The position numbers and the translations under genes are program-made. Source: Callorhinchus milii (Eukaryota). From it: a stretch of DNA of 64,000 bases. Position 1 is the stretch's first letter. Each line of letters opens with the position of its first letter. The notes below the pieces were generated by a model that had not been told where the DNA came from, searched no databases, and saw only the letters and a program-made list of their open reading frames with translations. Positions 62,213 through 64,000 of this stretch are shown here, piece after piece. The stretch is from assembly GCF_018977255.1 (NCBI RefSeq), contig NW_024704742.1:38132001-38196000 (forward strand). The letters are read 5' to 3'.

Positions 62213-62304
62213 GTAAGGCAGTGTTCTTTATATATAGAATTTTAACGCTTTCATCTGTTTATAATACAGTGGGCCAGGCTCCCTAGTCTAATTTTAACCC
62301 CTGT

Positions 62305-62780
62305 GTTAATATGGGAAGTCTTAGCTGAGGAGGAGAAACTGGATAAACTAGGGTTGTTTTCACAAGAACCGAGAACGTTAAGCGATCACTTTTCAGGGCC
62401 TTGGGATGTCCTTCCAATGTGAAAGGCGCAATATAAATATAATTTGTTGTTATAGAGGTGTTCCAGATTATGAGGATTTTGATGAAGTAAATGGGGAGAT
62501 GCTCTTTTCACTGATTTAATGAATTGATACCTAGAGGCAGTAAATTTAAGATGTTTACCAAAGAAAGAGAGGTTGGAGGAATTCTTTTTTTTACAAATGG
62601 TTAATAGAATACCATGCCAAAACGGTGATTATAGCAGAATTCATATCATCTATTAAAAGGGAATTAGACATGCATCTAAAAAGGATAACCATAAAAGGAT
62701 GTGGGTGGAGGGAAGAAAAGGAGAGCTTCCATAGGTATGATGGGCCAAGTGGCCGCCAACTGTGCTGAAACGTTCAAATC
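62305..62780 (+). mobile_element. Degenerate CR1 3' fragment with a nested 58-bp L2-type tail
   Basis: gaggagaaactggataaactagggttgtttt...atagaggtgttccagattatgagg...gatgggccaagtggcc. Confidence 0.65.
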
Positions 62781-64000
62781 CTTTGATGGGAACAAGAGAA
62801 CCTGGTTTGAGATCCAGATGTTTTGAAAGATTATTCATCTGGTTGTTTGTGTGAAACTGTCTGCCAGGCAAAAGTAAGCTTGTACGTTTTGAATCTCTAT
62901 GACCCAGCAATGCTCTGTGCTGACTGACTGATGTCTCGTGCTAGCCAGATTTGTTTTGGGATTTTTGAACTTCATTCTTTGGAAATTTCTGAACTGTGTC
63001 TCCCCATGTTGTCTGTGCTCTAAAGCAATGTGTTTCTCTTTAACGGTGAAGTTGATGACTTAAATCATCAAAATGCTTCACAGTATCTATGGGGATCACT
63101 AAGTGAGGGAGAAAAGGGAGGAGGAGATTGAGGGTGTTGACCAAGGGAAATTTTTAATAAAAAAAGACTATTTTGAATCGGGGTGAGAAGACGCAAGGCA
63201 GAAGCTGTTGGAAGAGTTTCAGTGAGAAGGGCTATTGTGGTTAAAGGATTAGCTACTGATGGTGAGATGGAGAGAGTTTGGAAAGAGCAATAGACTAGAA
63301 TCGGAAGAGCACATGAGAAATTGCATCTGAAACTAAAGTTAAAAGGGGCAAAACTGAACTCTGGGAGTCTGAAATTAAACCCTAAAATACTGGTGATCCG
63401 CAGCAGGTCAATCGACATCTGAAAGAGAAAGTCAGGTTAAGGTTTCGGCCAAACTCTTCACCAGAAGCAACAGTGGCGCCAAGCTGCATGGCAACCTTGC
63501 CCACCACCCCCTTGCCCTCCACCACTCTCGGCTCTAGTCTATAGCTAGGGTGAAAACCCTTGACTATCCAGCACCTTGAGACGTCCTCCTGACGTGAAAG
63601 GCGCTATGTAAATTCAATTTGTTGTTGTTACTAATGTAATTGAACACTGTTGCCCATTATCATACTATCTCTGAAGTTAGCTCTTGCATGTCAAGTCGCC
63701 AAGCCTTGCTTTCCAGTTTTTCTTGTGTCAGCCTCCCTGTCTTTCGCATTCTTTGACGAGACCTGATGAGGTCCCAGTGTTTTTACTAGTCACAGAATTG
63801 GATGTTTTTCATTGCGGATCATGTAGGTTCCTCAGCATCATGTTTGTATGGGACATCGCTGGTAGTTACGGAATTGACTATCCCATAAAGTTTACAGCAT
63901 GAGAGAGACTGTTCAACCCAATATCTCAGTGCTTCTGCTGGTCCCTCACTGCAGTTGTCTTATCTACTTCTGGCACGTTGTTCCCAAGGAACAGAAATTT

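Noticed and set aside
63890..64000. Possible terminal septin exon after tttacag
   Set aside because: Poor pyrimidine tract and no resemblance to known septin C-termini.

Overview
Vertebrate genomic DNA, most likely from a cartilaginous fish (shark or chimaera), judged from the CR1 and L2 LINEs, Deu-domain tRNA-SINEs and Penelope-like remnants. It holds the conserved head-to-head SOWAHB / SEPTIN11 pair. SOWAHB lies on the minus strand (10155..6784) with no recognisable intron. Its N-terminal SOWAH domain and C-terminal ankyrin repeats are in the same frame but are separated by a ~1.5 kb 24-bp coding minisatellite (about 60 x P[DV][CRY]HLPA[QRE]). As assembled, two local indel clusters (~9165 and ~8055) break the frame and cancel each other. 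SEPTIN11 is on the plus strand, with coding exons 1-9 traced from 19651 to 62212; its last exon was not located. Each gene has a long C-rich low-complexity tract just upstream. The rest is dense, often nested, transposon debris. Notable pieces are a 94-bp TSD-flanked insert with a hammerhead-like motif, a hAT-type MITE whose inverted termini contain CTCF-like motifs, ~60-bp tail-only retroinserts and an unidentified ~140-bp dispersed repeat. All family and orthology calls are by eye and from recalled consensus sequences; no searches were run.
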